Origin: Octopus sinensis
Taxonomy: Eukaryota
Length of the DNA: 64,000 bases
Direction of reading: 5' to 3'
Assembly: GCF_006345805.1 (NCBI RefSeq)
Contig: NC_042998.1
Coordinates: 145,204,001-145,268,000 of the forward strand
Of the stretch, positions 13,213-25,469 are shown piece after piece; position 1 is the stretch's first letter; each line of letters begins with the position of its first letter. The notes under the pieces were generated by a model. The model worked only from the letters and a program-made list of their open reading frames with translations. It was not told where the DNA came from and did no database searches. A program made the position numbers and the translations under genes.

Positions 13213-13268
13213 TGGATTTTGAGACGCCGTGGTATTTCAACCTGGTTGTGTCTCTTCAGTCAAAGCCA
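13213..13268 (-). ncRNA. Type I hammerhead ribozyme motif, canonical core, partly decayed helix III
   Basis: Minus: tggctttga CTGAAGA GAC-acaaccag-GTT GAAA TACC-AC-GGCG TC tcaaaatcca, followed by AATAAA. Predicted cleavage between 13223 and 13222. Confidence 0.6.
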
Positions 13269-13530
13269 CGTCTGGATCAATAAATCTAAACAAGAATTAT
13301 GGCTCATGCAAATACAAATGTATGCATACATCTATATATACCATGCATATATGCATATATGTACAAATATGTATATGAAAACACACACTCGCACGCATGC
13401 ACACACACACACACACACACATGCTCAATATTGGAGATGTTTGTAATTCGAAGTATCAGTCAAGTACTGGGGTCCTTTGTATCGACTAAGCCCTTCACTC
13501 AAAATTGCTGTCTCTCTTTCAAAATTTAAA

Positions 13531-13690
13531 GGCAGCAAGCTGAGTTTTGGGCTCAAATTCCACCGTGGTTGACTTTGCCTTTCATTTTTTCAGGGTCGAT
13601 AAAATGAAGTACCATTTGAGCACTGGGCTCAATGTAATCGACTTATCCCCTTCACAGAAAATTACTGTCCTTCTGCCTAAATTTAAAATA
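13531..13690 (+). mobile_element. SINE family B, internally deleted
   Basis: ...GGTTGACTTTGCCTTTCATTTTTTCAGGGTCGATAAAATGAAGTACC... core. Confidence 0.8.
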
Positions 13691-13704
13691 AATAATAACG
13701 ATAA

Positions 13705-13958
13705 TAATGAACAACCTGCACGAATGACTTGTTCATAGTGATCAAATGTATGTGCTGTACTTTAGCTGAGTCCCTCCATCAAATCGACGTTATTTGAACA
13801 GGTGCACGGTATACCACGCATCAGATGTCGAAGTGCTTGCAGAGCAACGTGAGGGAAAATGTTTTGCTCAAGAATACAACTCACAAACCGGTCTAGGAAT
13901 TGAAACAAATGATCTCACGATTGTGAGTGCAACACCCTAACCACTAGGTCATGCGTGC
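13705..13958 (-). mobile_element. SINE family C
   Basis: Homologous to 9390-9668. Confidence 0.85.
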
Positions 13959-14349
13959 TGATAACAACAACAACAACAACAATAATAATGATAAAGAGGA
14001 CAAAAAAGAGAAGAAAAATTGTTGTTATTGAAATCAATTCATCATCATGACCATCATCATCATCAGCAGACAGATATTGCCAGTGGTATTATGATACTAA
14101 CTTTTTTTTATCATAATCATGTAGCAAGGAATAGGTGTGTGTATGTGTAGGTGTACACACACATAGATATATGAGGGAATTTGGAGCTGTGTATATGTGT
14201 CTGTATATGTATGTAGTAAAGTAGGGGAATACGCCCTGTGAAAATAGATTTTATGATTCATTTATTATTTACATCAAGTCTTAAGAAAAGTAAATATTTC
14301 TCTCTCCTTATTCACAACTTTATTTCCGTTTGCATTAACAAACTAATAG

Positions 14350-14536
14350 ATATGTCTAAACACACACACACACGCACCACACACACACACGCACCACATA
14401 CACACACACACACACGCGCACACACAAACACACACACACACAAACACACACAACACACACACACGCACACACACGCACACACAAACACACACACACACAA
14501 ACACACACAACACACACACACACACGCGCGCACACA

Positions 14537-14608
<72 letters not shown>

Positions 14609-15281
14609 ATCTTCAGAAAGATTTCGCGATATAGTCACAAATTTTGAAGAAATATTTTCTTAAATTAAGAATTATTAATTATATAAAATTTTTTAAACAA
14701 ATCAGAATGATACAACTGTTTTGGAAAGAAGATTTTGTAGTGTGTAAGCGCTTTCCCTAATTACAGCTTTTCAAGCACATTTGTTACACGATATTCTATA
14801 TAGAGAAAGTTGCTTTTTGTAAATGTGTTGAGGATTTCCAGTTTAGCTACGGATTTAGAATTTTTTAGTATTCTTTTTTCTGCGTTCGCAGTTATCATTT
14901 TCGCATTATATCTTGAGAATAGAAGATTTTGCATACAAACATACAAACATACATACATTTATACATATGTACCTACATACATACGTATACACACATGCAC
15001 ACACACACACACACACACTCATACACACACGCACGCGCACGCGCACACACAACTCACAGATGCATACACATGCTCAAACACCGAGATATAATATCTCTCT
15101 GTGTGTGCGTGTGCATGTGTGTGTACACACGCATATACATGGATACACTCACACACATACACATACTTACACATACACACACATATACATGCATACACTC
15201 ACATACACATACACACACGCATGCACACGCACATGTATGCATACGCACATGCATGCATACGCACATGCATGCACACGCACA

Positions 15282-15321
<40 letters not shown>

Positions 15322-15330
15322 TATATACAT
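14350..15330. repeat. (CA)n/(CACG)n/(AT)n microsatellite field
   Basis: Directly visible. Confidence 0.95.
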
Positions 15331-15334
15331 TCAA

Positions 15335-15885
15335 TATGTGACCACGTGTGTACCGTTGGTGATTTTTTCCTCCGTCTTCCCTTCTTTGGATGTTTCCTTT
15401 TCCTATGTTTCTGACGAAGAGCTCCGCTCGAAACGTTAAATCCCCCTTCTTTCCTTCTTTCCTGAGCGTCCAATAACACTATACTTGTTCCACGTCCTCG
15501 CGTTGTTGTGTTTTCTCTTTGTGTTTTCGTGTTTGGATTATATATATATATATATATAAGTACACATTTCTCTAAACTCGGTACGACACATCAACACTTG
15601 CCTTTCTTACTTTGCACTTCACTTTGTCCCTGTCTCTTTTTCTCGCTAGCTCTCCTCCTCCTTAATTCCTTGTTCTTCTTTTTCTCTCTCTTCTCCCCCT
15701 CCTTAATCCGTCTGCCCCCCTTTTCCTCTCTCTTCTCTTCGTATGTGACTGACCGAACGACTACTGGCCTTTTGGGTTTGGCAGCCGTCGTGGTAACACC
15801 AAAATTTATTTTCTCTGCCCCAAGGCACATTTCTAACACACCAGCTGAGTTTAATTCGTCCTAGACGAAAGACGCCTGTTTGTGA
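15335..15885 (+). mobile_element. PLE-derived 3' (pseudo-LTR-like) remnant(s) without an intact ORF
   Basis: Carries a canonical minimal HHR followed by pyrimidine-rich UTR-like sequence; FSKLGTTHQH at about 15565 loosely resembles the PLE C-terminal FxLGTLxP motif. Confidence 0.6.
15407..15441 (+). ncRNA. Minimal type I hammerhead ribozyme
   Basis: gttt CTGACGA A GAGC-tcc-GCTC GAAA CGTT aaat: canonical core, 4-bp helix II, palindromic helix III (ACGT), GUU triplet, cleavage predicted after 15437. Confidence 0.85.
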
Positions 15886-15909
15886 TGTCCTGATATTGTT
15901 GTTGTTGTT

Positions 15910-15951
<42 letters not shown>

Positions 15952-16385
15952 GAGTGAGAGAGCAGTTCATGCCATCAAAGTGACACTGGGGTAAAATATA
16001 CGAAGCCCAATATACCCATCAAGACTACCCGTCTGATAAGGGTACACCAGGCACATGCATCACAACCATATGTGCGCGACATGGTGATCTCATATCAAGA
16101 TAAACAGCACATGACCTTGCAGGTGGGGCCCAGTTAGAATTTTCTTCAGGTTGAGTAGCCCATCCCGCTCAAAAGGTCCCTGAATAAGGGTTGTTTAAGG
16201 ATGTTGAAAGAACCACCCATGTTTCCAGAGGTGAATTATTCAAACCCCAAAGAATCCCTCTCAACACATGGCTATGATGCTCCCCCACTACTTCTGCTCG
16301 TGATCAGAGATGCACATATCGTCAGCCACTAAGGGACATGCTCAACTGGTTAAAGTCAAACAACTGACAAGCAAATCTGTGGTAT
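15952..16385 (-). mobile_element. 554-bp (AAT)n-tailed element, 5'-truncated copy 2
   Basis: Reverse complement of the 23681-24234 element; flanked by (ATT)n on both sides. Confidence 0.92.
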
Positions 16386-16727
16386 ATTATTATTATTATT
16401 ATGATTGTGATTATTATTATTATTATTATTGTTTTTACGTATTATTATTATTGTTTTTACGTATTAATTTTGTATTCATATTCGTGTAACATCGTCCGTT
16501 TTTCTGTCCTTGTTTTGTATACATTAGAAGATTTCTTCCAAGGAATCTAATGCGCTTAGCTTAGGTTTTCCTTGGGGCTAACCAGATTGGAGCAATCTCA
16601 AGATTAATCAGCCGAAATTGCGAGGATGATCCGGTTCTTGACTGAAGATTGAAGGCTTCGAATGTCCCGTCCGTGTTTTTTGTATCGTCTTCTAAATGTT
16701 TTGCGTTCTTGTCCCAGTTTGTATTTT

Positions 16728-16836
<109 letters not shown>

Positions 16837-17015
16837 TGACGCAGAGAGACTGACCCAAACAGAAGCATAGGCACACATATACATATATACATAAATAAAG
16901 GAATTGCGTGCGGAAGTATATATACATATATTTCCACTAATACATCTTATTGCCTTTTGGACATAACTTTTTTATATTCATCTTATCTAACCTTCCCATT
17001 GTTAGTGCCATTCTC

Positions 17016-17235
17016 TTGAGGGTATGCTGAAAAGTTCCTGACTTTGGGTAAAAGAAAATACAGGAGGATCAGTTTATTATGATTTTACTGAACATATTCT
17101 CCCCCCAGATTCACTCACTTATTGCAGCGGCCCTTCAGTCTTTCTAAGCCCTATAAAAGAACTCAGAAATTTAGACCTCCAACCAAATCTTTCGCCATAC
17201 TCTTAAAGCTAGGAACTTTTCAGCAACCCCTCGTA
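17016..17235. mobile_element. Mariner-type MITE
   Basis: Imperfect TIRs (T)TGAGGGTATGCTGAAAAGTTCCTG ... CTAGGAACTTTTCAGCAACCCCTCGTA; a second decayed copy lies at 33645-33842. Confidence 0.8.
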
Positions 17236-17557
17236 TATAGTACAAATGTAATTCTTTCCCAAATAAACTGTACTTTATATTCAAGACTCCGATAAAGCTT
17301 TAAGGTGTTATTCAGGCATCTTATAGTCCACTGCATCTTATAGTCTACTATTAGTCCATTGCATCTTATAATAGAAACAGCTGTAAGCTAATGGGGTTCA
17401 TAAGATAATCATTTTTTCCTTTGTCATCTCTCTTTCTTATACTGCCCTATATTGAGATAACACTTCGTTCTGAAACATACGTATATTGAGTTCTACACCA
17501 CTACACCAGGTTATTAGTCTCGCAATGCCTAAGTGAAATGAATACACACACACACAC

Positions 17558-17588
<31 letters not shown>

Positions 17589-17739
17589 TGTATGTATGTA
17601 TGTATGTATGTATGTATGTATGTATGTATGTAGGTATGTATGTATGCGTGTGTGTGTGTGTGTGTAAAATAGCACAAATGGATAGACTGATGAATAACGT
17701 GAAAGTACACAAAAATTAACAATAAAATTAATCAGAGAG

Positions 17740-18050
17740 AATCGTACAATGAACAAAGGAAAAGGAAAAGACGTAGACTGATATTTCGGGTGAAAGTATT
17801 TCAAAGTAGAACGAGAAAGCAGATAAAAGAAACAAGAGAAGAAAGTTACCTGTTTGAAGCACGTGTGTAATTTGTAGCTCCTGGTTATGTGTGTAGAGTA
17901 TAAAATGTCGAAAAGGTAAAAACAAGAAAGTAGAAAGCAGAGGATGTGCCCAGCTGGATCGGTGAGGTGCCTTACTTGAAATACTGTCTGGGTGGGATTT
18001 TCCAATTGCACAGGATTAATTTATTTGCGTGGAAACACCAGGTGAACATC
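17740..18050 (-). mobile_element. PLE 3'-end relic with decayed HHR motif (17776-17808)
   Basis: Minus QTVFQVRHLTDPAG resembles the PLE C-terminus; then act TTGAAAT actttcaccc GAAATATC agt. Confidence 0.45.
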
Positions 18051-18065
18051 TTTATAAAATTTAGT

Positions 18066-18467
18066 CTTACTCTTTTATTCTTTTTTACTCTTTTACTTAT
18101 TTCAGTCATTTGACTGCGGCCATGCTGGAGCACCGCCTTTAGTCGAGCAAATCGACCCCAGGACTTATTCTTTGTAAGCCTAGTACTTATTCTATCGGTC
18201 TCTTTTGCCGAACCGCTAAGTTACGGAGACGTAAACGCACCAGCATCGGTTGTCAAGCGATGTTGGGAGGACAAACACAGGCACGCAAACACACACACAC
18301 ATACATATATACTTATATACGACGGGCTTCTTTCAGTTTCCGTCTACCAAATCCACTCACAAGGCTTTGGTCGGCCCGAGGCTATAGTAGAAGACACTTG
18401 CCCAAGGTACCACGCAGGGGGACTGAACCCGGAACCATGTGGCTGGTAAGCAAGCTACTTACCACAT
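18066..18467 (-). mobile_element. SINE family A, near full length
   Basis: Reverse complement of 27849-28262, including the (CA)/(TA) spacer and TAAAAGAG-type tail. Confidence 0.92.
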
Positions 18468-18929
18468 GCTGGAGCTCTTTGATCAAATTAAAGTGCATGT
18501 TCTTTTCGTGGTATAGAGGCCACATTTAGTTGATCCGTTGACTTCACATATTTCTTATTACCTATTTACAGCAGGTTATTCAAACATAAGAACGATATAT
18601 ATACACTTACATATATACATATATACAAACATAGTGGAAGTCAAATTCGTGACCGAGTAAGACTACTTCGTAATCTTAGTAAGTCTGTGTAAACGTTCCG
18701 AGTCCAAGAAGTTCGTGTGCTTGAATTTGTTTTTAGTCGATAATATGTTGCATAACGCTGAATCCACTATTCATCGCAATCAGCTCTACAACCAGAAGTT
18801 TTTAAGTTGAATGCGACGCTCAGAAACCAACTGTACTTCAGTTTTTTTTATATGAGTTCACCATCTTGAAGGAAGTTCTAATAAGAACTGGATTTCCTTT
18901 ACTTCCATTGGTTTAGATGCTAATTAACC

Positions 18930-19082
18930 CATGGCTGGGACATTAACAGGTGCTACTACTCCGGGTGAGAGAAGACTTGGGAACAATAGTGGCTAAAAAG
19001 TAATTCCACATTCTTCAAAACTCCCACCACCCGTACCAGGACCCCACTGCCGGATGCAGTTCAAAGTCACACCTAACACAAA
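18930..19082 (+). mobile_element. Unclassified SINE-like repeat fragment
   Basis: AACAGGTGCTACTACTCCGGGTGAGAGAAGACTTGGGAACAAT...CCGGATGCAGTTCAAAGTCACACC; recognised from memory as a mollusc interspersed repeat, not verified. Confidence 0.4.
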
Positions 19083-19303
19083 CATGCATACATACATACA
19101 TACATACATACATACATACATACATACATACATACATAAGGATAAACATATACATAGGCATACACACATATATACGTACACACACACGCCCACGCACACT
19201 CACGCGAACACACACACATTTATATATATACGGATATATATGTGTGTATGCATACATATGTATATTCATTTCGCAATGTAATAAAGAAACTGTTAACTTC
19301 CTC

Positions 19304-19361
<58 letters not shown>

Positions 19362-19399
19362 TGATAATAATAATAATAATAATAATGATAATAATAATA

Positions 19400-19431
<32 letters not shown>

Positions 19432-19665
19432 AATAATAATGATCTTTCCTTTATTGGTCACAAAAACCGAACGTTATTTGGATTTTTAATTTTCATTCAT
19501 TAAACCACTACAAAAGAAGATAATCCGCAAATTATTCACTTTAAAAACAAGATCATTTATAATACTCGAGCATTAATTAAAACAAATTCTAAATTGCACA
19601 AAAATCTTATAATAAGAATACAAAGAAGGAATATTAGGATACATAGAAACAGAAAAAGAGAATGA

Positions 19666-19774
<109 letters not shown>

Positions 19775-19879
19775 CATATATATATATATTATATATATAT
19801 ATACATTCAAACACATGCATATATAAGCGCACACACATATACATTTATACATATAGACAAGTATATATATATATAATAT

Positions 19880-21230
19880 AAATTAGAGATAAAACCACCA
19901 TTTTGCAACTCAAACAGTGATAGACATAAACCAAAACATAAATAATAAATAAAATATATTTTTATAAAACATAACTAGATCTCAAAAACTATAAAAAGGA
20001 ATAATCAATATATAAGTAAAAAACCTACGTACGTTTCATGGCTACAATTAAATATAAATTCAATTGAAATAAATATATAGGGTCTACTTCCTATATATTT
20101 ATTTTAATATATTGAAATAAATATGTAGGGTCTACTTCCACAAAATTTAAATTAAGAGTCGCTCAGCATATGCATTCCTTTAAGAATAGAAATCTTATGA
20201 ACTCTACCGGGCTTAGCAAATATATATGGGAACTTAAATCCCAAAGAATTAAGTATAATTTAAAGTGAAATCATATAGTATAGGTAGTAATTCCTGTTTT
20301 TTATGTTCTAGTGAATTTAAAGAAATACTATTTAATAAGCATAATAAATTAGTTAATATATTGAACGAGCGTAAAATTAAATGTAGACACAAATGACTTT
20401 ATTTATATAATAAATGTTTAGATAAGTAGCGACTGTATTTAAACCCTATTTTTGTTTCTAATTTGTTGTTATATTTTGTACTAGTATGAATTCTAAAAAT
20501 TAGCATGTGATTTTATATTGTATATTGCATAATTTAATAAGTCTAAATTAATATTTATTATTAAATAAATAAATAAATAAATAAATAAATTATAGTAGTG
20601 TTGTAATTGCACTTCTACAGGTGGCTTGAATATAAGTCAATAAGAGTTAGTAAAGGTTTTTAAATACTTAGATTATATTTAGATGTTTATTTTATTACTA
20701 AATATATAATTTATTTAATGAATATAGATTAAAAGATAGTTGTTTCATTTTTTTGTGGTTGATATGGTTATTATTATGCTTATTATATATCTACTAAAAT
20801 TAATAGTATTAAGTATATATATATATATACTTTTTTAGTAATAGTTTTAGTAACGTTAAATAAACAATTTTGAATATGTAGTAAAAAAATATTTTTCTTT
20901 ATGTACTATTTATTTATAATGATAATATGTACTTTATGTACGATTAATAATATGTACAATTAATGAGGGAAGTATTTGATCTAAATATAGATTACTTTAA
21001 TTATATAATAAGTTTAATTTATTAGCATTTGCTTTGAATATTAATATGATATATAATATATATTTGTTATAAACGATTGTTAAGTTTATAGTTTGTAATA
21101 AACTTTTTAATATATTAATCAAAAAGTATTTATATTATACATTTCGAATTAGATTTATTCAGATGTTTATTTAATTAATTAATATTATTTATTAATGAAT
21201 ATTAATTACATTATAGTTTTTAAATGCTGT
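19880..21230 (+). mobile_element. PLE 3' fragment (GIY-YIG second half plus AT-rich 3' UTR) preceded by an inverted UTR-like piece
   Basis: From 20119: KYVGSTSTKFKLRVAQHMHSFKNRNLMNSTGLSKYIWELK, then after a frameshift KSYSIGSNSCFLCSSEFKEILFNKHNKLVNILNERKIKCRHK* (stop at about 20396). Local duplication/inversion at 20063-20140. Confidence 0.85.
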
Positions 21231-21249
21231 TTGCCTATGTTCACAGTAA

Positions 21250-21765
21250 CGCATTCAGTTGAAAACGACTGAGCAGGTTTGTGAGGCTTTTACACTCCCT
21301 CACTTATCGGCTAGCCCCACCCTATCCAGACGTGCGTCCAAGATGGCGTTCAAACCACCCAGTAACTCTAAAGAGTGAGACGTCGCAAAGAAAACCTCCG
21401 AAAGTCTAAAGAAATATGGCTGCCCAGCCCCATTCGGGATATTTACAGCAACTAATCTAAAAGCACCACCTTCGATTTTATCCACATTCAGGACCACCAA
21501 CGTTTGTCCGGGCACAGTAAGATCGTCCGTATCTTAAGATCTAGACCTTTCCGAAACAGTACTGCCACCCCACTTCCCATTCCAGCCGCGTCGGGATGCG
21601 TAGATCGTCAAAATTGGGAACTAGTGTGCGCGTGTCAGAAACTGTGATCTAACAGGCGGCTTTCACATCCAGCTCTAACGGCTTGAGGTCGTGAAGCAAA
21701 TCACCTTACTTTCACGACAACCCCAGTTCACGAACATTAATCCTTCCTAGTTTAATAATTGCTAT
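21250..21765 (-). mobile_element. L1/Tx1-type LINE ORF2 N-terminus (AP endonuclease), pseudogenised
   Basis: IAIIKLGRINVRELG...GVAVLFRKGLDLKIRTI...LVVLNVDKIEGGAFRLVAVNIPN...LLGGLNAILDARLDRVG resembles NVRGL / RLVAVYAP / GDFNAILD motifs. Confidence 0.85.
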
Positions 21766-21769
21766 GTTG

Positions 21770-22840
21770 GCCGGAAAGAGTTGAGAGAAAGGATAAGATT
21801 GTGGTTATTTACCCTCTCGGTGCTGCTGTTGGCCGGTCAGCTCGATCTCCGAATCTGGTTGGGGTTCCTCTGGGAATCCCTGTAAAAGTCTCATGGTGAC
21901 ATTTACGTAAGGGATTCACACGGTGTAGGGGAAAACCTCCCTAATGGTTTTGTATATGTTTGGTAGTATGCGCTCTCACATTAAATCTTCTGGCACTTTA
22001 AAAGTGCTGATGCTGCAAATTGCAACTCCTCTCTCAATATTTTTATTTTGTGCTATAAGGGCCATCAAATCTTCGTTGGCTTTCCTCACAGGCAAGAAGT
22101 TTGATGTCTGCGTGGTTGACTCTTGTTATGTGAACCTTTTTGGGATTATGATAGTGTTGGTGGAACTGGTTGAGGTAGCGGCGGTTGTGTTGACTGATGT
22201 GGAGCTGGTGGGGTTGGTGTTGTTTTCGACGAGTCTATATTTTGAAGTTGTAACGTGATTTGTTACGTACAATAAATAAAATACCCTGACAACAGTAAAA
22301 ACAATGTAGCGAACTAACAAATCTCTTTACAAACCAACAATCAATATTCCTTGTGAACTAACCAATCGACACCTTCCGACTTCACTGCGAACTAACACGA
22401 ACTTCACTCGACTCTGAACTTTGAACTCACTCGGATCGTTACTATTTATATTTTACTCGGACCAGTCTACCTCTCGCAAGGGGGCGTCGTAACTTTCATC
22501 ACAACATATATGAAAGCATTTCCTGCGTTTCCTGGTGTGAGTGTTGGTGGTGAGGCCAGGTACTTATTTTCCTGTGTATCCTTTTTTTCAATTTTGGGGG
22601 TTCCTCTTCGTCTTCATTTCGACATGCGCAGGAACCAGTATCTGTGGAATCTTTCTCGGAGTGTGGGAGTGTGTCTGTTTGTGTGAGTGAGTGTTTGAGA
22701 GAGGAGGAAAGGAAGAGCTGGGCTAAGATACGTCATGGGTGTTTTTTTCTGTTGTTTTTCTGGTTGATGTGGGTGGTGATAGTGATGCTGGAGTTACTAG
22801 AGCTTTTGTTGTCTCAACTGCTTTCTTTGTTGTTCGAAAT
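21770..22840 (-). mobile_element. Low-complexity ORF1-like relic upstream of the APE, interrupted by an LTR-like segment
   Basis: Broken S/T/N/P-rich frames on the minus strand directly 5' of the APE start; no recognisable domain. Confidence 0.3.
22249..22506. mobile_element. Putative solo LTR
   Basis: Bounded by TGT...ACA; TATAAATA on the minus strand about 55 bp from one end and AATAAA on plus near the other end; no TSD or PBS found. Confidence 0.35.
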
Positions 22841-22854
22841 AGCAAGACGATACC

Positions 22855-23560
22855 TTGTGGAAATGTATCGTCTTGCTTTTGAAAAAAACATTTCAAAAGC
22901 ATTTAAGAAACAAGATGAAGAGCAAAGATTGAACAACTGGAAAGTGAAAACGATGCAAGGACAATACCTCAGAGAAATGGAAGGGAAAGACAAGATCAGT
23001 ACCTAGAGGGAGCAAAGGAAAAGTGATTTGTTGGAGAAAAGTGATACCTAGCTACGTCATTGGAGATTGTGTTAGAAGTACGGAATTGAAAAGATACTGA
23101 AATGGTACGAGCATAAGCCAGAAGGTGTCTGAGAATAACGAATATAAAATCTTGTGAGATTTTACAATTCGGTGTGATTCAGTAATTGATGCTGGGAGAC
23201 TAGATATTGTTGTAGTTGATAAAATGATGAAGGAAACCAGGATCATAGATATTGTCATACCTGAGGATGTACGAGTGGATGGTAAAGAACTAGAAAAGAT
23301 GAGATTGCATGAATGTCGGGAATGAAGAAAGTAACTTTCATCTTAGTAGTTGTAGGGATATTGGGAGCATTAACAACCAGGTTTGAGAAATTTGTTGGAG
23401 AAATTGGGATTGATATGAGGATAGAGCATGCTCAGAAAACTGCTTTGTTAGGGACAACGAGGATTTTGAGATTGGTACTTGGATGCTAAATATCGTCGAA
23501 AGAGACCTAGTGAAATCCTTACAGAATTAACCGGAGCAAGTGAAATTGAGACCTGAGTAA
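22855..23560 (+). mobile_element. R4/Dong-type LINE 3' fragment, internally deleted, followed by (AAT)n
   Basis: RLNNWKVKTMQGQYLREMEGKD...YKIL*DFTIRCDSVIDAGRLDIVVVDKMMKETRIIDIVIPED...VGILGA...HAQKTALLGTTRILRLVLGC* (stop 23487-23489). Confidence 0.88.
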
Positions 23561-23609
23561 TGAAACAACAATAACACCAACAAGGATAATAATAATAATA
23601 ATAATAATA

Positions 23610-23680
<71 letters not shown>

Positions 23681-24234
23681 GCCCTGATGCAGTACCAGGC
23701 AGTGGCTCTCATGGCTTCTGATCTTAACTGATTGGAAGTGTTATCATGTACATTGTTCTGTCTTGGTATAAAAGATGGGCTACAGCAAATATTCTGCTCA
23801 ATACCACAGCTTTGCTTGTCAGTTGTTTGACCTTAACCAGTTGAGCATGTCCCTTAGTGGCTGACGATATGTGCATCTCTGATCACGAGCAGAAGTAGTG
23901 GGGGAGCATCATAGCCATGTATTGAGAGGGATTCTTTGGGGTTTGAATAATTCACCTCTGGTGACATGGGTGGTTTTTTCAACATCCTTAAACAACCCTT
24001 ATTCAGGGACCGTTTGAGCGGGATGGGCTACTCAACCTGAAGAAAATTCTAACTGGGCCCCACCTGCAAGGTCATGTGCAGTTTATTTTGATATGAGATC
24101 ACCATGTCGCGCACATATGGTTGTGATGCATGTGCCTGGTGTGCCCTTATCAGACGGGTAGTCATGATGGGTATATTGGGCTTCGTATATTTTACCCCAG
24201 TGTCACTTTGATGGCATGAACTGCTCTCTCACTC
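23681..24234 (+). mobile_element. 554-bp (AAT)n-tailed non-coding element, longest copy 3
   Basis: GCCCTGATGCAGTACC...CTCTCACTC(AAT)n; no sustained ORF; sits inside an (AAT)n array. Confidence 0.92.
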
Positions 24235-24265
<31 letters not shown>

Positions 24266-25469
24266 GTTGAGTTGATGGGGTTTTTACTGGAGCATTGAGA
24301 AGAATTAGCAAATTAACGAGAGTTGAAGTACTAGACCCGTAGTGCTAAAAGGAGAAAATAGACTTTGTGATGTGGTGTCTACTGTATATCACCACAGACT
24401 GTGTGATATTCGTGACTAAAGAGCGTTTTAGCTATGATTTGATATCTATGGTAAGTTTGGTGATAGAGTCTCTGTGTTGATGACAGAGACCTGATTGTCG
24501 TCATATATACAAATACATGCAGGCACAGCTACACACAGACGCATACACACACACACACACCACACACACACACACACATATATATATATGTATGTATGTA
24601 TGTATGTTTATGTATAGGTGTATGCATATATATCTTTATATATACATGTGTATGTGTATGCGTGTGTGTGCGTGCGTGCGTGCGTAAATGTGGAGGGAAG
24701 GGGAAGAAGATAAATGATTTGTAATAAGTTGAAAGTATTACGAAGCGCATCCAGGTGTTTCTTACGCTTGATGTCTGTTAATAAATCTTCTACTAATGAA
24801 TTAAATTGAATCGAAATGAAATAATAACTTCTCATTAATCACACACACACGCGCGCGCACACACACAAGCACATATATACACAGACACACACAGACACAC
24901 ATACACACGCATATATATACACATACACATATATACATGCACTCACATGTACAAGTCCACGTACATACACTACGTGCATATTCACATGTATATACACACA
25001 TACATGTGCACGCACACACACATACAAGCACACACGCATGTACATGGATATACACCTACCCGTTTGCATAAGCGAAATTAGACATGCAGGCAAATTATTA
25101 GTCAGTTAGATAGGTAGACAGTCAGTTAGACAGACAGACAGAGAGATACATAGAAAGAAAGATAGATAAAAAGACATACATATAGACATATAGATAGAGA
25201 GATAAATAGACAGATAGATAACGTGATCTAACGGAGTAGAGGGATATAGACGGATATGGTAGGAGAATAATCAGGTAAGAAAGTAGATTGCAGGCAGGTA
25301 GGCGGGTGGACTTGTTGGTGGGTAGACTGGTTGGTAGGTAGACAGATCATCGTCATCATCATCATCATCATCATTATTATCGTCGTCGTCGTCGTCATCA
25401 TCATCTATTGTCGTATTTTTCATTTGTAGTTTACTTTCTCTTTTAATCTGTTGTTGGATAAAATGTTGG

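Noticed and set aside
15843-15880. Second HHR-like motif cag CTGAG...GTC-cta-GAC GAAA...ctg
   Set aside because: Core interrupted by 8 nt and no NUH triplet; at most a remnant.
20330-21230. Very AT-rich stretch as a mitochondrial insertion (NUMT)
   Set aside because: It follows a PLE stop codon directly and shows no mitochondrial gene, rRNA or tRNA motif; best read as PLE 3' UTR.
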